Source: Eledone cirrhosa (lineage: Eukaryota). Taken from it: a DNA stretch of 64,000 bases. Under the pieces are notes generated by a model. The model saw only the letters and a list, made by a program, of their open reading frames with translations. It did not search any database and was not told the DNA's origin. Within the stretch, counting starts at the first letter, position 1; each line of letters opens with the position of its first letter. Positions 1 through 13,114 of this stretch are shown here, in pieces. A program made the translations under genes and the position numbers. The stretch covers positions 111,228,001 to 111,292,000 of the forward strand of contig OZ024742.1 in NCBI GenBank assembly GCA_964016885.1, written 5' to 3'.

Positions 1-640
1 CTCACTGCTCTATATCAGGTTGGCAATGCGGTCAGTGGTACTTCCACTCTCGACTTCTATAGAGGATTAGTGGCAGCCAAGTGCGATGTAGCACTCGGAG
101 AGGCTCAGGGTGTATACGGAATCGAACTCAACAGTCTGTTCCAGAGGACTTTCGAGCCGGGTACTATGGATAACTTCTATAAATCTCTCGTTTGTCAGTA
201 CTACCGAGAGTGGCTGGTGCTGCCGGTTCCCGATAAATTCTACAGGCACGGAAATGCTGTCAGACGGATCTGCCCGAGATGCGCGCAGACGACTAAAGCA
301 TTCTGCTCGCATTCGTCTAGTGTCCGTGCCGTAATGACTTGTAATTATTTTGAGCAGCAGTTGTCGCGTGTGGGATGGATCCCGCTATCGACCGAATTCA
401 TAGTGAAGATAGCCCCACCAGCTTCTTTCGAGTGGGAAGAACAGGCAGACTTTATTTGACTGGTGGCGGTTGCAAATTCTGTTGTTTGTATTTCTGTTGT
501 TATTTTGTTTTTGTTATTTATATTTTTATTCGATTTTTGTGTAAAACCCCAACTGTCCTCGTCTATTGTATTATCTGCTATATGCCGGCCCTTGTGACCA
601 ATAAATAAAACAGTTATTATTATTATCATTATTATTATCT
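1..640 (+). mobile_element. 3' remnant of an L1/Tx1-clade LINE (RT-associated zinc-finger region, 3' UTR and (TTA)n tail)
   Basis: ORF 70-459 contains LPVPDKFYRHGNAVRRICPRCAQ, resembling the zf-RVT region of Tx1/L1 ORF2. It is followed by a T-rich UTR, AATAAA (~604) and a TTA-repeat tail. Confidence 0.55.
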
Positions 641-641
641 T

Positions 642-811
642 TCGGACGCCATGCTTTCCAGCATAGTTACCCCCTTTACGGTCTGAGTTCAAATCCCGTC
701 GAGGTTAACTTTTCCTTTCATCCTTACGGGGTCGATAAAATAAAGTACCAGTAATGCGCTGGGGTAATAGCTGGCCTTGTGCCCAAAATAGAAACAATTA
801 TTATTATCTTC
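642..811 (+). mobile_element. tRNA-derived SINE family A (Nin/Deu-domain-like), 5' truncated
   Basis: B-box GAGTTCAAATCC followed by CCTTTCATCCTTACGGGGTCGATAAAATAAAGTACCAG, repeated many times in the window. Flanked by ATTATTATCTT, a possible TSD. Confidence 0.85.
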
Positions 812-1265
812 ATTATCCCGCTCTGTATGAACACATTAATTCATCAACTTATTTATTTCTATTTCTATTTACTTGGTGCCCGTAGGCGTCGACTCTGAAT
901 TGTCACTACAGATGCAATGACCTGATACTGGGTCACGTAGTGTGACAATCCACATACCTCTACTTTAATATGGTCACGCTGCCATTCAGCTTCCTGTTTA
1001 CAGAAAACCTAGTCTTTGAATGTCCACTTCACATACCAACACACGCGCACGTGCGTATGCAGACACACATGAATAGTTAATCGCACAAATACACACACGC
1101 GCGCGCGCGCGAACATAAATATACGTTTGTATATATACGCAGAAAGTTGCCCTACATATTGCACTCCAACAGCCACATACGCCGCCATACACAAAAATAG
1201 GGCCGGTGCTTATATATACACCCATTATCTCACAAATCACAACAAACACTATATTTTTTGTCGCA

Positions 1266-1364
1266 TCGTCTGTCTGAAGAGCAGATTGATAATGGAGTCC
1301 TGTCCATAGCTTCTATGGATGACCCTGAGCCAATCCTCTGCAAAACGCGCGAAACAGGTCGATA
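1266..1364 (+). ncRNA. Degenerate type I hammerhead motif with long stem II, in a short PLE-type element
   Basis: ctgt-CTGAAGA-gcaga...tctgc-(A)AAA-cgcgcg-(A)A-acag. A sibling at ~36475-36510 has intact GAAA-tgcgca-TA-acagg. Confidence 0.45.
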
Positions 1365-1535
1365 CAAATTAAAATCAAAATACATGAAAGCGAAACTTCA
1401 TTGTTCTTCTTAATATATCTATCGGCCTGTTCATAGAATGCTTGATTTGGTACCGCCACCAGTAATTCACTGAATCACCTTCACTATATATATATATATA
1501 TTGAGTTATGTCTATATATATATATATATATTAAG

Positions 1536-1664
1536 TTATGTCCCTTTACGATCTGAGTTCAAATCCCGCCAAGGTTGACTTTGCCTTTCATCCTTACGGG
1601 GTCGATAAAATAAAGAACCAGTAATGCACTGGGTAATTGCTAGCCCTGTGCCTAAAGTAGAAAC

Positions 1665-1668
<4 letters not shown>
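1536..1668 (+). mobile_element. SINE family A, 5' truncated
   Basis: Same B-box and core as 642-811, lying between (TA)n tracts. Confidence 0.85.
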
Positions 1669-1702
<34 letters not shown>

Positions 1703-2118
1703 AACGTTGTCATCGGACAACCGGTGTATCTTCGACCGTTCTGTCACTCACTCAATACTTTAATTAAGCCAGCATCATTAGGATACCAACCAAAAGGAAA
1801 GCAGAGTGCACACTTATACGTTAATAGTGAGATAGGCGATATCGTGTGGGTAGAGAATTTAATTCTCTGTCTCCGGACAGGGCACTAATTTTTGTTACCC
1901 TGTCTACTGGCGGCAGTCCATGTTGGACTAGCTTGTACAGAAATTAGTTAATCGGCAAAGAATAACTTCATCGGCGGGGAGTTAGCCTCCTCAGAACAGG
2001 TCGAACATTAGCCCGCTGTATTCGGTGTGGAATGGCCGTAAACAGTAGTCCGCACCACTTTCAGTAGTATTCAACTGTGTAAACGAAGCTTTAATTTTTA
2101 AATGCCTGTAAAACACAC
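1703..2118 (-). mobile_element. Probable PLE terminal-repeat fragment
   Basis: Complex sequence abutting a (TA)n tract. Carries the shared terminal motif (tCACTCAATAC, 1748-1758) and a CTGAGGA-ggc...gcc half-hammerhead on the minus strand. Confidence 0.3.
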
Positions 2119-2137
2119 ATTATATATATAGCAAAAT

Positions 2138-2714
2138 GGCGGTGGATTGGCAGTATCGGTGGAGGGTCGGACGCCATGCTTTCCAGCATAGTTACGTCCC
2201 TTTACGATCTGAGTTCAAATCCTGCCGAGGTTGACTTTGCCTTTCATCCTTACGGGGTCGATAAAATAAAGTACCAGTAATGCACTGGGTAATCGCTGGC
2301 CTTGTGCCTAAAGTAGCAACAATTATTAAGGGCGGTGGATTGGCAATATTGGTAGAGGGTCGGACGACATGCTTTGACGTATAGAGTTACGGCCCTTGCC
2401 TTTCTGAGTTCAAATACCGCCGAGGTTAACTTTGCCTTTCATCCTTACGGGGTCGATAAAATAAAGTACCAGTAATGCACTGGGTATTTGCTGGCCTTGT
2501 GCCTAAAGTAGAAACAATTATTAAGGGCGGTGGATTGGCAGTATTGGTAGAGGGTCGGACGCCATGCTTTGACGTATAGAGTTACGGCCCTTTCCTTTCT
2601 GAGTTCAAATCCCGCCGAGGTTAACTTTGCCTTTCATCCTTACGGGGTCGATAAAATAAAGTACCAGTAATGCACTGGTGAATTGCTGGCTTGTTCCTAA
2701 CGTAGAAACAATTA
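2138..2714 (+). mobile_element. Head-to-tail trimer of full-length SINE family A
   Basis: Three ~195-bp units start at 2138, ~2330 and ~2525, each with an A-box-like TGGCAGTATYGGT and B-box GAGTTCAAAT. A 17-bp direct repeat ATTATATATATAGCAAA lies at 2119-2135 and 2711-2727. Confidence 0.9.
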
Positions 2715-2770
2715 TATATATAGCAAATGAAAAGAAGCTTACGTGTAATCAATCATCTGTCTGTCTGGAA

Positions 2771-2825
2771 CCACACACACACGCACACAGCCATACACAC
2801 ACGCACACGCACACATACACGCACG

Positions 2826-2908
<83 letters not shown>

Positions 2909-2921
2909 ACACACAAACACA
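2771..2921. repeat. (CA)n microsatellite, representative of dozens of (CA)n, (TA)n, (CT)n and (ATGT)n tracts in the window
   Basis: Directly visible; these tracts explain most HT/YI/CV/ER/SL ORFs in the supplied track. Confidence 0.99.
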
Positions 2922-3213
2922 CTCCTAGAAAAGGTACTTTTATAGGAGGATGTATGACCAGTTAGATACCATCATTCTAAGGTGAATGTGATGGTAAATT
3001 TGTACCTGACCTTTGTTGTAGCACCTCTTTATAGCATCAGATTCATATCTCATATCTGAATCAATCGAGGAAAACAATTATTTATCGTTGCATTGTAGAA
3101 TATTCCCGTTTACATACATTTTCTCGGCAGAATATCTTCTGAAGATTATATTAAAAAGAGCATACTACGGTAAGTGATAAGCATAAAGAATCTCTCTCTC
3201 TCTCCCTCTCATA

Positions 3214-3251
<38 letters not shown>

Positions 3252-4031
3252 ACCTCTCCATCTTTCTCTGTCTGTCAATCTGTGTGTCTGCCTCCCTGTG
3301 TACATGTATTTTTTTCCTGCTGCAAAAAGATTTTTAGATGCTAATAAAATTAGTATCTCTCTCTCACTGTTATAACCCCCTTCCCTCTCTCTCTCTCTAC
3401 ATATATATATATAAACATACATGCATACATATATATATGTATGTATATATATATATATATATATATATACATACATACATATATATATGTATATAGTTAA
3501 AAGAATAGAGGTGTAACACACCAGTTATTATATATTGGTAAACGGAATAGAAAATGCTGACAAATTGTTGACAGTTGAAAAATGGTTTAATTAGGAATAA
3601 AAGAGTATTAGTAATTGTATGGGTTAGTATTCAGTTGTGGTTTTAAGTTTTTAAGTTTTTACCGGTTGCGCATTACTAAATGCTTTTCAAAAATAATTTT
3701 GAGATAGAGTGTCCGTGTTGTTTGCTCTGATCTGATTAGTTTTGGGAATTCTGCCTGTTTTTATGTTAAAAAAGTGGCTCCAGCGCTACTTTGGTGTTGC
3801 AAAAATTCTTGTGGTCAAAACAATTTTGATTGGTCGGTAGAGGTCATGTGAATGTAAAAAATTGATTTTGCGCCAAGACTGTTTTTATGTTAAAAAAGTG
3901 GCTCCAGCGCTACTTGGTGTTTGAAAAAATTCTTGTGGTCAAAACAATTTTGATTGGTCGGTAGAGGTCATGTGAATAAAAAAATTGGCGCAAAACCAAT
4001 TTTTTTATTCACATGACCTCTACCGACCAAT

Positions 4032-4078
<47 letters not shown>

Positions 4079-4196
4079 TAAACGGAATAGAAAATGCTGA
4101 CAAATTGTTCACAGTTGAAAAATGGTTTAATTAGGAATAAAAGAGTATTAGTGATTGTATGGGTTAGTATTCAGTTGTGGTTTTAAGTTTTTAAGT

Positions 4197-4233
4197 TTTT
4201 ACCGGTTGCGCATTTCTAAATGCTTTTCAAAAA
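4197..4233 (-). ncRNA. Variant minimal hammerhead-like motif in pLTR (also 3657-3693, 6420-6456, 51441-51476)
   Basis: Minus strand ttt-TTGAAAA-gcatt(taga)aatgc-GCAA-ccgg-TA-aaa. The stem III is palindromic and copies differ only in the stem II loop. Stem I is weak. Confidence 0.5.
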
Positions 4234-4567
4234 TAATTTTGAGATAGAGTGTCCTTGCTGTTTGCTCTGATCTGATTAGTTTTGGGAATTCTACCTGTTT
4301 TTATGTTAAAAAAGTGGCTCCAGCGTTATTTTTGTGTTGCAAAAATGGTTGTGGTCAAAACAATTTTGATTGGTCGGTAGAGGTCATGTGAATGTAAAAA
4401 GTTGATTTTGCGCCAAGACTGTTTTTATGTTAAAATGTTAAAAAAGTGGCTCCAGCAAAAATTCTTGGTCAAAACAATTTTGATTGGTCGGTAGAGGTCA
4501 TGTGGATAAAAAATTGGTTTTGCGCCAAGATTGAGAAATGACTCTTTCACAACAAATATGTGTGTGT

Positions 4568-4640
<73 letters not shown>

Positions 4641-4728
4641 TGTGTGTGTGTGTGTGTAGTAGTAGTAGTAAGGTGTTCGATGCTGCGACAAAGGCCAGCA
4701 GCGATGTGTGTCAAATGGCTATTAAGAT

Positions 4729-4775
<47 letters not shown>

Positions 4776-5250
4776 GCAGAGTCATTCGAAGGTCAAAAGA
4801 TATTTTTCAGCTTTTGTCTTATACGGAGAAGTGCGTGTGTGTGTGTGTGTGTGTATATAAGTCTCTTTGTATGTTGATGTACGCGTGTGTATGTGTTTGT
4901 GTATATATATGTGTGTGTGTGTGTGGGTGGACCAGTATTTTTTCCCCCTGGTAAAATGGTGTACACTATTCGATTTTTTCAGTAAAATCGGTTCTCTTAA
5001 TAGAACATCAAAAATCTTAACAATAAAAGGTGTGAAATGATATTCACTATATATATATATATACACACACACACATATATTCACTACATATATATATATA
5101 TACATATATACATACATATATATGCACATATATTTTTTTGTATTGCACCATAGAGCATGTGTGTTTACGTGTGTCATTGTGTTTATATGTGGGTAGAGAT
5201 GTGTGCTGATGTAGGTATGTATGTTCACGTGTGTATGTTGTGGGTTCGTC

Positions 5251-6335
5251 TTAGGGAGAAGTGTTTAGACGGGGTCCGTATTTGTTAATGAAGTAAGATT
5301 CCTTGCTGATGCGCTGGGTGTGGGTGGCATTATCTTTAAATTTGTAGAGGGGAAAGATTCTGAAGTTGGGATGATTTTGGGCGGCACAGGTATCAATGTG
5401 TTCACTCAGTGGTATTTTCCTGTATTCCCGTATTTTAATTTGGGATCTATGGACAGTCATGCGTTGGCGGAGGCTGTTTTTGGTCTGGCCTATGTATTGT
5501 TCTCGACAACCTGAACAAGTTAATACATATATTAGATTTTCCGATGCACATGTGAAATTGTGTTTTACTATAAAACGTTGTCCATCTTTGAAATAGAATT
5601 CCGAACCCTCTATTAGGTTGATGCAAATGCCACAGTTGGGTCTATCGCATTTTTTTACTGTGGGTTTCGTTGTTGTGGTTGGCAGTACTTTGGCATGTGT
5701 TAAGATGTTTTTCATTGACGTGGATTGTCTTTTGCTCTTTATGATATCGTGTGTTCGTAGAATTTGGTTCATTCTATGGTCCTTTTTCAATACAGGGATG
5801 TTCTGGAGGATGGTATCAAAGGCCTCATTGTTGAGAGGGTTGTATGTGGAGATGTATGGAAGAGCTTTTAGTTTTGGTTGATTTACTTTAGGGTGTCTAA
5901 GGTCCTGGGTACTGAGTTTTAGGGCACGTTGGATTCCATTGTCAATTAGTGATGCAGGATAGTCCCTGCCTATGAGTGTGTCCTTTAGTTCTTGTAGCCG
6001 TAAGTAGCAGATGTTTTTATTGGAGACTATAGTACAGATTCTCTTGGTTAAGTTGTAGGGAATATTAATTTTAACGTGTCTAGGGTGGCAAGAGTTGAAG
6101 GGGAGGTATTGCTTGGAGTCTGTGGGCTTGTAGTATATGTCTGTTTCTATTTTTTTTGTTATGGATCTTAACGAGGATGTCGAGGAAGGGGAGTTGTTGA
6201 TGGCTGTATTCCATCGTGAAGTTAATATTTGTGTTGAGCCCATTTATAAGGGTGTGAAATTCTTTAAGTTTTTCGATGTTTTCGTGCCAAAGGATGAAGC
6301 AGTCATCTAGATATCGCTTCCAGTTCCTTTCAATG
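5251..6335 (-). pseudogene. PLE ORF C-terminal part: RT (YLDD), thumb, Cys-rich linker, GIY-YIG endonuclease
   Basis: WKRYLDDCFILW at ~6290-6330, frameshifted relative to ORF 5251-6243. Also TDIYYKPTDSKQYL..SCHPRH, CDRPNCGIC and LIYVLTCSGCREQYIGQT..RQRMTVH. Confidence 0.93.
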
Positions 6336-6587
6336 TGTTGAAAAATGGTTTAATTAGGAATAAAAGAGTATTAGTGATTGTAGGGGTTAGTATTCAGTTG
6401 TGGTTTTAAGTTTTTAAGTTTTTACCGGTTGCGCATTTCTAAATGCTTTTCAAAAATAATTTTGAGATAGAGTGTCCTTGCTGTTTGCTCTGATCTGATC
6501 AGTTTTGGGAATTCTACCTGTTTTTATGTTAAAAAAGTGGCTCCAGCGTTATTTTTGTGTTGCAAAAATGCTTTATATATATATAAG

Positions 6588-7711
6588 TATTTACACATAA
6601 ACCAATTAAACAAATTCACAGATATATATGTGTTTTGGCAACCATTCACGATGTGGCTCAATGAAGAATTAATAAATTAAATAATGAGAGCAAAATACTA
6701 TAAAGTAAAGAATGTCCATAGAATTATTTGATAATAAATATACATCATTTCTTCTCCCAATTAGCATAATTAACCACACAAAAAATCAATTAGACCAGGC
6801 TATAAGATTAAAAGGCACCTATGAAGAAACAGTAAATAAATATACGATAGCAGCGTCTTAGCGGCCAACCGCTATAGAATATCTACTCAACATTTCAACA
6901 GCACGTGGAAATTAATTAAATATACGGTCAACTATACACAATTAGGTGTAAAATTAAAGTTAGAAATGCTTATATACATACCAGGATTAAATCATTAAAT
7001 CCCGACCCATGGGTTTCGTTCTCATTTTGATATATCCTATTAAGGATAAATCTCGAGTTTCGAACTCTTCAGGGAACAAACTCGCTAGGACAGATTTTTT
7101 CTGAAGTGGCTCCCTCCAAACACGAATTCAAAATGGCTGAGAACTGTGACGTGGCAGGGGTCAAGTCAGAAAGAGTGTGATTGGTTGCTTACGGCGAGTG
7201 GGTTGGTTGCTAGAAAGCGCAGCCCAATATCGCCCAAATTGTGTCTCAACCTTACGGGAGATTATTAAATATAAATATTTACACATACACCAATTAAACA
7301 AAGTCACAGATATATATGTGTTTTGGCAACCATTTACGATGTGGCTCAATAAAGAATTAATAAATTAAATAATGAGAGCAAAATACTATAAAGTAAACAT
7401 GTCCTTAGAATTATTTGATAATATATATACATCATTTCTTCTCCCAATTAGCATAATTAACCACACAAAAAATCAATCAGACCAGGCTATAAGATTAAAA
7501 GGCACCTATGAAGAAACAGTAAATAAATATACGATAGCAGCGTCTGAGCGGCCAACCGTTATCAAATATCTACCCAACATTTCAACAGCACGTGGAAATT
7601 AATTAAATATACGGTCAACCATACACAATTAGGTATAAAATTAAAGTTAGAAATGCTTATATACATACCGGGATTAGATCACTAAATCCCGACCCATGGG
7701 TTTCGATCTCA
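6588..7711 (-). mobile_element. ORF-less PLE-type element in partial tandem (~435-bp direct repeats 6588-7023 and 7276-7711)
   Basis: Near-identical direct repeats bounded by (TA)n, with an intact hammerhead at 7000-7076. Confidence 0.75.
7000..7076 (-). ncRNA. Type I hammerhead ribozyme
   Basis: ttcc-CTGAAGA-gttc...gaac-GAAA-cccatggg-TC-ggga: complete core, GUC cleavage triplet, palindromic stem III. Confidence 0.8.
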
Positions 7712-7751
<40 letters not shown>

Positions 7752-10700
7752 TATATCACCGGTCAAGGTGATACATATATATATGTATATATGTATCTGT
7801 GTGCGTGCGCGCGTGTGTGTGTATGTGTGTGTGTGTATGTGTGTGTGTGTGTATACTGTAACGTTATTTACAGCGAAAATGTATGTTGTCGTAGGAAAAC
7901 ATACAATGAAATATCATGACTTGCGAGCTTTATTTCATTTTCCGCATAGGATAGGCCTCCTGCTCCAAACAAGTAGGTTGGCTAAAATTCCTCTACGTCC
8001 ATAATATAGCAAGTTAACTATAAGGAAACGTGAGGTAGCAAAACAGTAAAAAACAAACAAACAAAGAAAAAAAAAGAATACATTTCACACATACAAGAAA
8101 TACCTCCCATCTAAAATGATTCCTTTTGCAATTATACATCTTTCCTTCCACTTTGCTATATTATAGCTTGTTTCTCCAAATAATTTTTCTCTCTCTTTCA
8201 GATGCAGCATATCAGAAAATATATATCTAGTTTTAATACGTCCACGATTTACTGATAAAAACATTTGGAAAGAAACACTAATAAGTCTAATCTTATTCAT
8301 CGCAACAGTTCTAGTGAATGCTATGTCGCGTTTGTCACTGTCCTACTGTATTGATTTCTGCAAACAACTCTATTTGAAGTATGCTTTTAAACAAAAGAAA
8401 AAGAATGACACATTTTTTTCTCCGTGAAGATATATAAACTTCTGCACCACTAACTTTAGAGATGTGATTTTTGGTATTATTATTTGTAGCAACATAATTT
8501 ATCTCGTTGTTGTCTGTATTTTTGTTTACCTTTCTGTTTAAGGTGGTAATTCATTCATCAACTGCAAAGATTGATAAATAGATCCAAGACATTTCAATAG
8601 AACAATGAAACAAACCTGACAAGTATTCGATAAGTATTCAACCATCGTAATGATAAAGAAATTTGAATATATTTCATAAAGGTATTGTTTGGGAATCGAG
8701 GTCAATCAATCGAGTTAATAACATTCTATTGTTTGTTATTAGGCTAGGTAAATCTCGAGGTATTGCAGTATATTATACAATTCTCAGATACACTGTCGAT
8801 TTAAGAAACTAAATGAAAAAAATTGATTCGAATTATTCAGGAACTGTAAATATCCGTATCCCTCTGTTAGATTGGGAAATATATGTGACACTGTTAATGA
8901 GTTTGATATATTTTACTCAACTGCTTTTTCTCTTTTTGTATTATATCTCGTTATTGCCCTGTTTCTCTCTATTTCTCTCTCCTCCATTTCTCAATCACAC
9001 ACACTCTAACTTTATATAACACACACGCATTCACTCAGTCTTTGTATATATCTGCATGAGGATATATTCCTCTCATTGTATTTTGTGAAATTTGAACTCA
9101 TGGGAGATACACAAGTGTGCTAAAAGTGAGCAAGATGAAGCATTCTAACACAGTAATTTAATTTTCTATGTACTTCAAATCGAAATTTTCTTCCCTTTTT
9201 GCAAGTGTATATGATATCATTCAACTTTGCATTTCATCCTTTCCAGGATGTTAAAAAATACCCGATTCTTCCTGTAATTCTCTTTCTCATTTGTCTTTAT
9301 TACTCTCTATCTTTCTCAGAAAGAAATCTGCTGTGTTCCGACCTGAAGAGAAGACGGGCTTTGCCAGGTTTCAAAGTGCCCTAAGTAACGCTGTATGTCA
9401 ATATGGCACTCCTACAATTTCATCAGATCTTACGGGTCCAATCCATACTATATAATCTCAGATTTGTAGTGTTAAATTAATCCATTACTGTTGAATAAAA
9501 TGTACCTATTATTCGTTAGTTGTATCTATGTTATCAATAAGAATATATTTCAAATACTCTCAAATTTCCAACATTCATTACTCATTGAGACGCTTGACAA
9601 TTAGGATAGAAATAGATCTCTACAGTCGTATAGATTCGTATGGGAGTCTTTTAAAATGAATCGCTTTATTCACATATATGTTTGTGTCAAAAACAAGAAT
9701 CTCAGATCTAAGCCAGATGGTGCATTTCAAAGTCTAGTGTGTCATGAACGACTTTGAATATGCGCTTTGTCAACAACTCAGTTGATTTAACTTGATTCTA
9801 TGGTTGATTTATACATTGCGCCGACCTTACAAATTGGTTTTCATATGCAGTAGATAGGTGGCTTTTTTCCCTTCTGTTTGAATGTTATAAAATTTGTGAT
9901 ATGCGCCCTTAAATTAAAATAAAATTCAACCCTATGAGTGAATCTTAAATTTAAAATCCATTAGAATATTTCATTTACGATATCACCTTTCCTAAACCTA
10001 TCAATATTTGAATAAAGTGATTCATGAGAATAAGTTGCGAGGAAATTTACACATTTCCTCGGTATAGTAAATAAAAACACATTTGGTCTTAAATTTCTGT
10101 TTTACTCTCTTAAAAATATCTTCTAATTTGCATTTGAGCGATAATCAATAATTAAATTATATATGTGTATGTTACTGAAAAGAATGCAATGTTTTCATTT
10201 TTTGTGAAGGTGGAAGAACAAATATAATTGATATCAATTGAGGAGATAATACATTGAAATTATCACAAAACTTCCATTTCAATATTTTTTCTTATCGCAG
10301 AATATTTATAATAATTTGAAAACGGAATACATAACATATTCCCGAATATACTTGATAGATACGAAAGTGCTGGTACATATATTTCATTAAAACATATTCC
10401 ACATACCGATCAAACTAAAAATATGAATAAACATGCAATCAATGAAAGGATAGTCGTTAGATAGTAACTCTCGTTTGAGGAAATTAAAATATAGAAGAAA
10501 AGTAATTTTACTAAGTGGAGCTATTATCACTGATATAAAACTGCTATAATCTTTTTTGAATTTGACAAAAAACAAAACAAAAAAACAAACATTTCCTTCT
10601 TTCAATTATATGCTTTCGATCCGAGATATTGTATATGTAGCATATTGTCCCTGAGAAAAAAAGAGGAAAAAAAAGTAAACAAAATCAACGGGATGAACAT

Positions 10701-11679
10701 TGTAAAATGTTTAAATACAATTATTGCTATTAAGATAATGTTTAGCTCTGGGGCGTTGCTCGAAAATAACACACATTAAATATTAAATAAATATTGAGGT
10801 ATTGTTTGAAAAAGAGACACGTTTATATTGAGTTATATCTCTATTTTAACTTTCAATTTATTGTTATTTCTTTTTATTTAAGATATACATTTGTTGCCTA
10901 GAATCATTACGAGTGATCTTCACAAATGAGAATGCTGGTGTCAAATATTTGACGGCAATGCTGTACTGATATTAACTATGGCTAAACCGAATTTTTATAA
11001 ACCTTAACCAACACGCAGTGGCATATCAAACATGTACATATTTCGAGCAATGCAACTCTATTAACGACGTTATACATAATTTAGATATATATATTGGATC
11101 TTATTATAGGTTTGAAGTTACCTTTATGTCAAATGCTAAGAATTTTACGAGACGATTTCTATTTTTCTTACATAATGCAGCTCTACCTTAATGTCCAACA
11201 TACAGCTTATCTATAATATATTCTATAATTTGCTACTGAATTTGTTGCCATCCGATTATTACTGATAAAGCACATGCCAATCAGATTTATATGGAACTGA
11301 AACTTAATCACCCCATTTAAAATTGTATTAAATTTAATGTGAAATGGTATTAGTGGAGAAGATTCTGGTGCATTCTATGCATCGCCAGATTATCTCTCAG
11401 GAACCCACCAGCTTTGAAGACCACCACGACACACGATAATGATTAAATAACCTAGGATTAAAGCACCCATATTTATCGTTCGTTTCGTTTCAATTCCCCA
11501 CTACAAAGTACAAATTTAAACAAAAATACCTTGGTGAATTAAGTTATATGATATAGTGAAGTAGAAAGCTATTATCTGCACATGCCCCAAAATCCGCGAT
11601 CACATATGGACATAACATAAATATCGTTGCCAATTCATATATGTACAAAGAGAGACTTCTCCTTTGTTTCCAATGACGA

Positions 11680-11915
11680 CTGCTCTAGTTGATTCAATCG
11701 ACGAAACTGATGGCTCGTGAAATTAACAGAGAAGTACGCCCTTAACGTAGGTCTCGAGGAGATTCAGTGTCTGACTCATTGAGTCACAGGCGCAATTCAT
11801 TTTGCCAGCTTCGTTGACTGAAGCTAAGTAAAATATAATGACTTGCTCAAGAGTACAACGTGCAGCTCGATCCGGGAATCGAAGCTATCGGCCTATAACT
11901 TTTAACCATTCATCC
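11680..11915 (-). mobile_element. Degenerate tRNA-derived SINE
   Basis: Minus strand has a B-box-like TTCGATTCC and TACTCTTGAGCAAGTCA, resembling the core of the SINE at 15769. Confidence 0.4.
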
Positions 11916-13068
11916 TCACATCCGTACTATTGGATTAATATATGCTTGCTCTTCATGCTCACCAAATTCTTAAGCCTCTATGAAAATATGTTGATTGCTT
12001 AAAGAAATGCAGACTCATAATTATTTTCTGTTATGATGTATTGGATAGTTCTTCTGCTACATATCCAATTATACTAAGCTACTTCTAAAATGTTTATTCA
12101 AATGATTGCAATATATCAAATCCCAGTATGGGACTAATGTGCGTTGGTGTAAATATATTTCTCTGTATCTCTAAATATGCAACAAAGGTCTCTCACAATC
12201 TCATCTCGAACGCTGTATAATCCCATACTCATAAGTGTATCCAAATATGACATTTTATAATTAATTTTGTACACAGTATAGGGATTGCTTTATCATGTTT
12301 AGGTATAGTAGGCTATCTAGCAGAATATATGCGTTTACACTTTCATCTACAACGAGGTTTTATAGCAGCTTGTAATTTATATCAAATAGGAAGAAGAGTG
12401 AAATAACGGATTTAAGTTTAGATCTGTTTAGTTCTCTATATAAACGTGATGTATAATGGGAATTAATTTTTGATAAATATACACGTGTAAAATACGTTTG
12501 AGCAATCCATTCAACGTTCTGTGCAGAAAGAGAATAAAACTGATGTATTTTATTCTGCTTATTTTTTCATATTGACTCTTATAATTGAAAAACCGGGGAC
12601 ACAGTGTGCTGTATAAATATAAGATACACACGCAGACGCCCCCTCGCCCCTATATATATATGTATTTTTTTTTTTACGGTTTTGTTATAGAATTGCCATA
12701 TAATTTATAATTTTCTGAATGCCTTGCTAGTTGAACGCATGTGCAATTTGAATGTATTAGCACATTAATAACTTTTATCACAAAAGCAACATCTGTTCTA
12801 CAAGTCTGTAGAAATGGTAACTGTTTAATTACAAAATATTTGCCTTTTGCAAGTTTTCTAATTTTATATTAAATAATTCTATTTTGCTTCAATAATTCAA
12901 CATACAATCATAACTAAATGCTGGTGTCATTTCAAAGAAACTGACACAGGAAAAATGTTAAATAATAAAGTCTTATACAGTGTCTATTTGATATCACACA
13001 CGCGCACACACATACACTTACCCCCCCCCCCACACACAGACGTACACACGCACAGACACACACATACA

Positions 13069-13114
<46 letters not shown>

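Larger units (their letters stand above)
3497..6572 (-). mobile_element. Penelope-like element (Neptune-like), 5' truncated, with tandem 3' pseudo-LTR copies and a partial pLTR at the 5' end
   Basis: RT/GIY-YIG ORF at 5251-6335. The same terminal repeat occurs at 3497-3985, 4070-4535 and 6337-6572, with a short inversion at ~3990-4033. Confidence 0.9.

Noticed and set aside
2138-2714. CRISPR-like or tRNA-gene array
   Set aside because: The units are ~195-bp SINE copies with no unique spacers and no cloverleaf, and no cas genes are present in this eukaryotic DNA.
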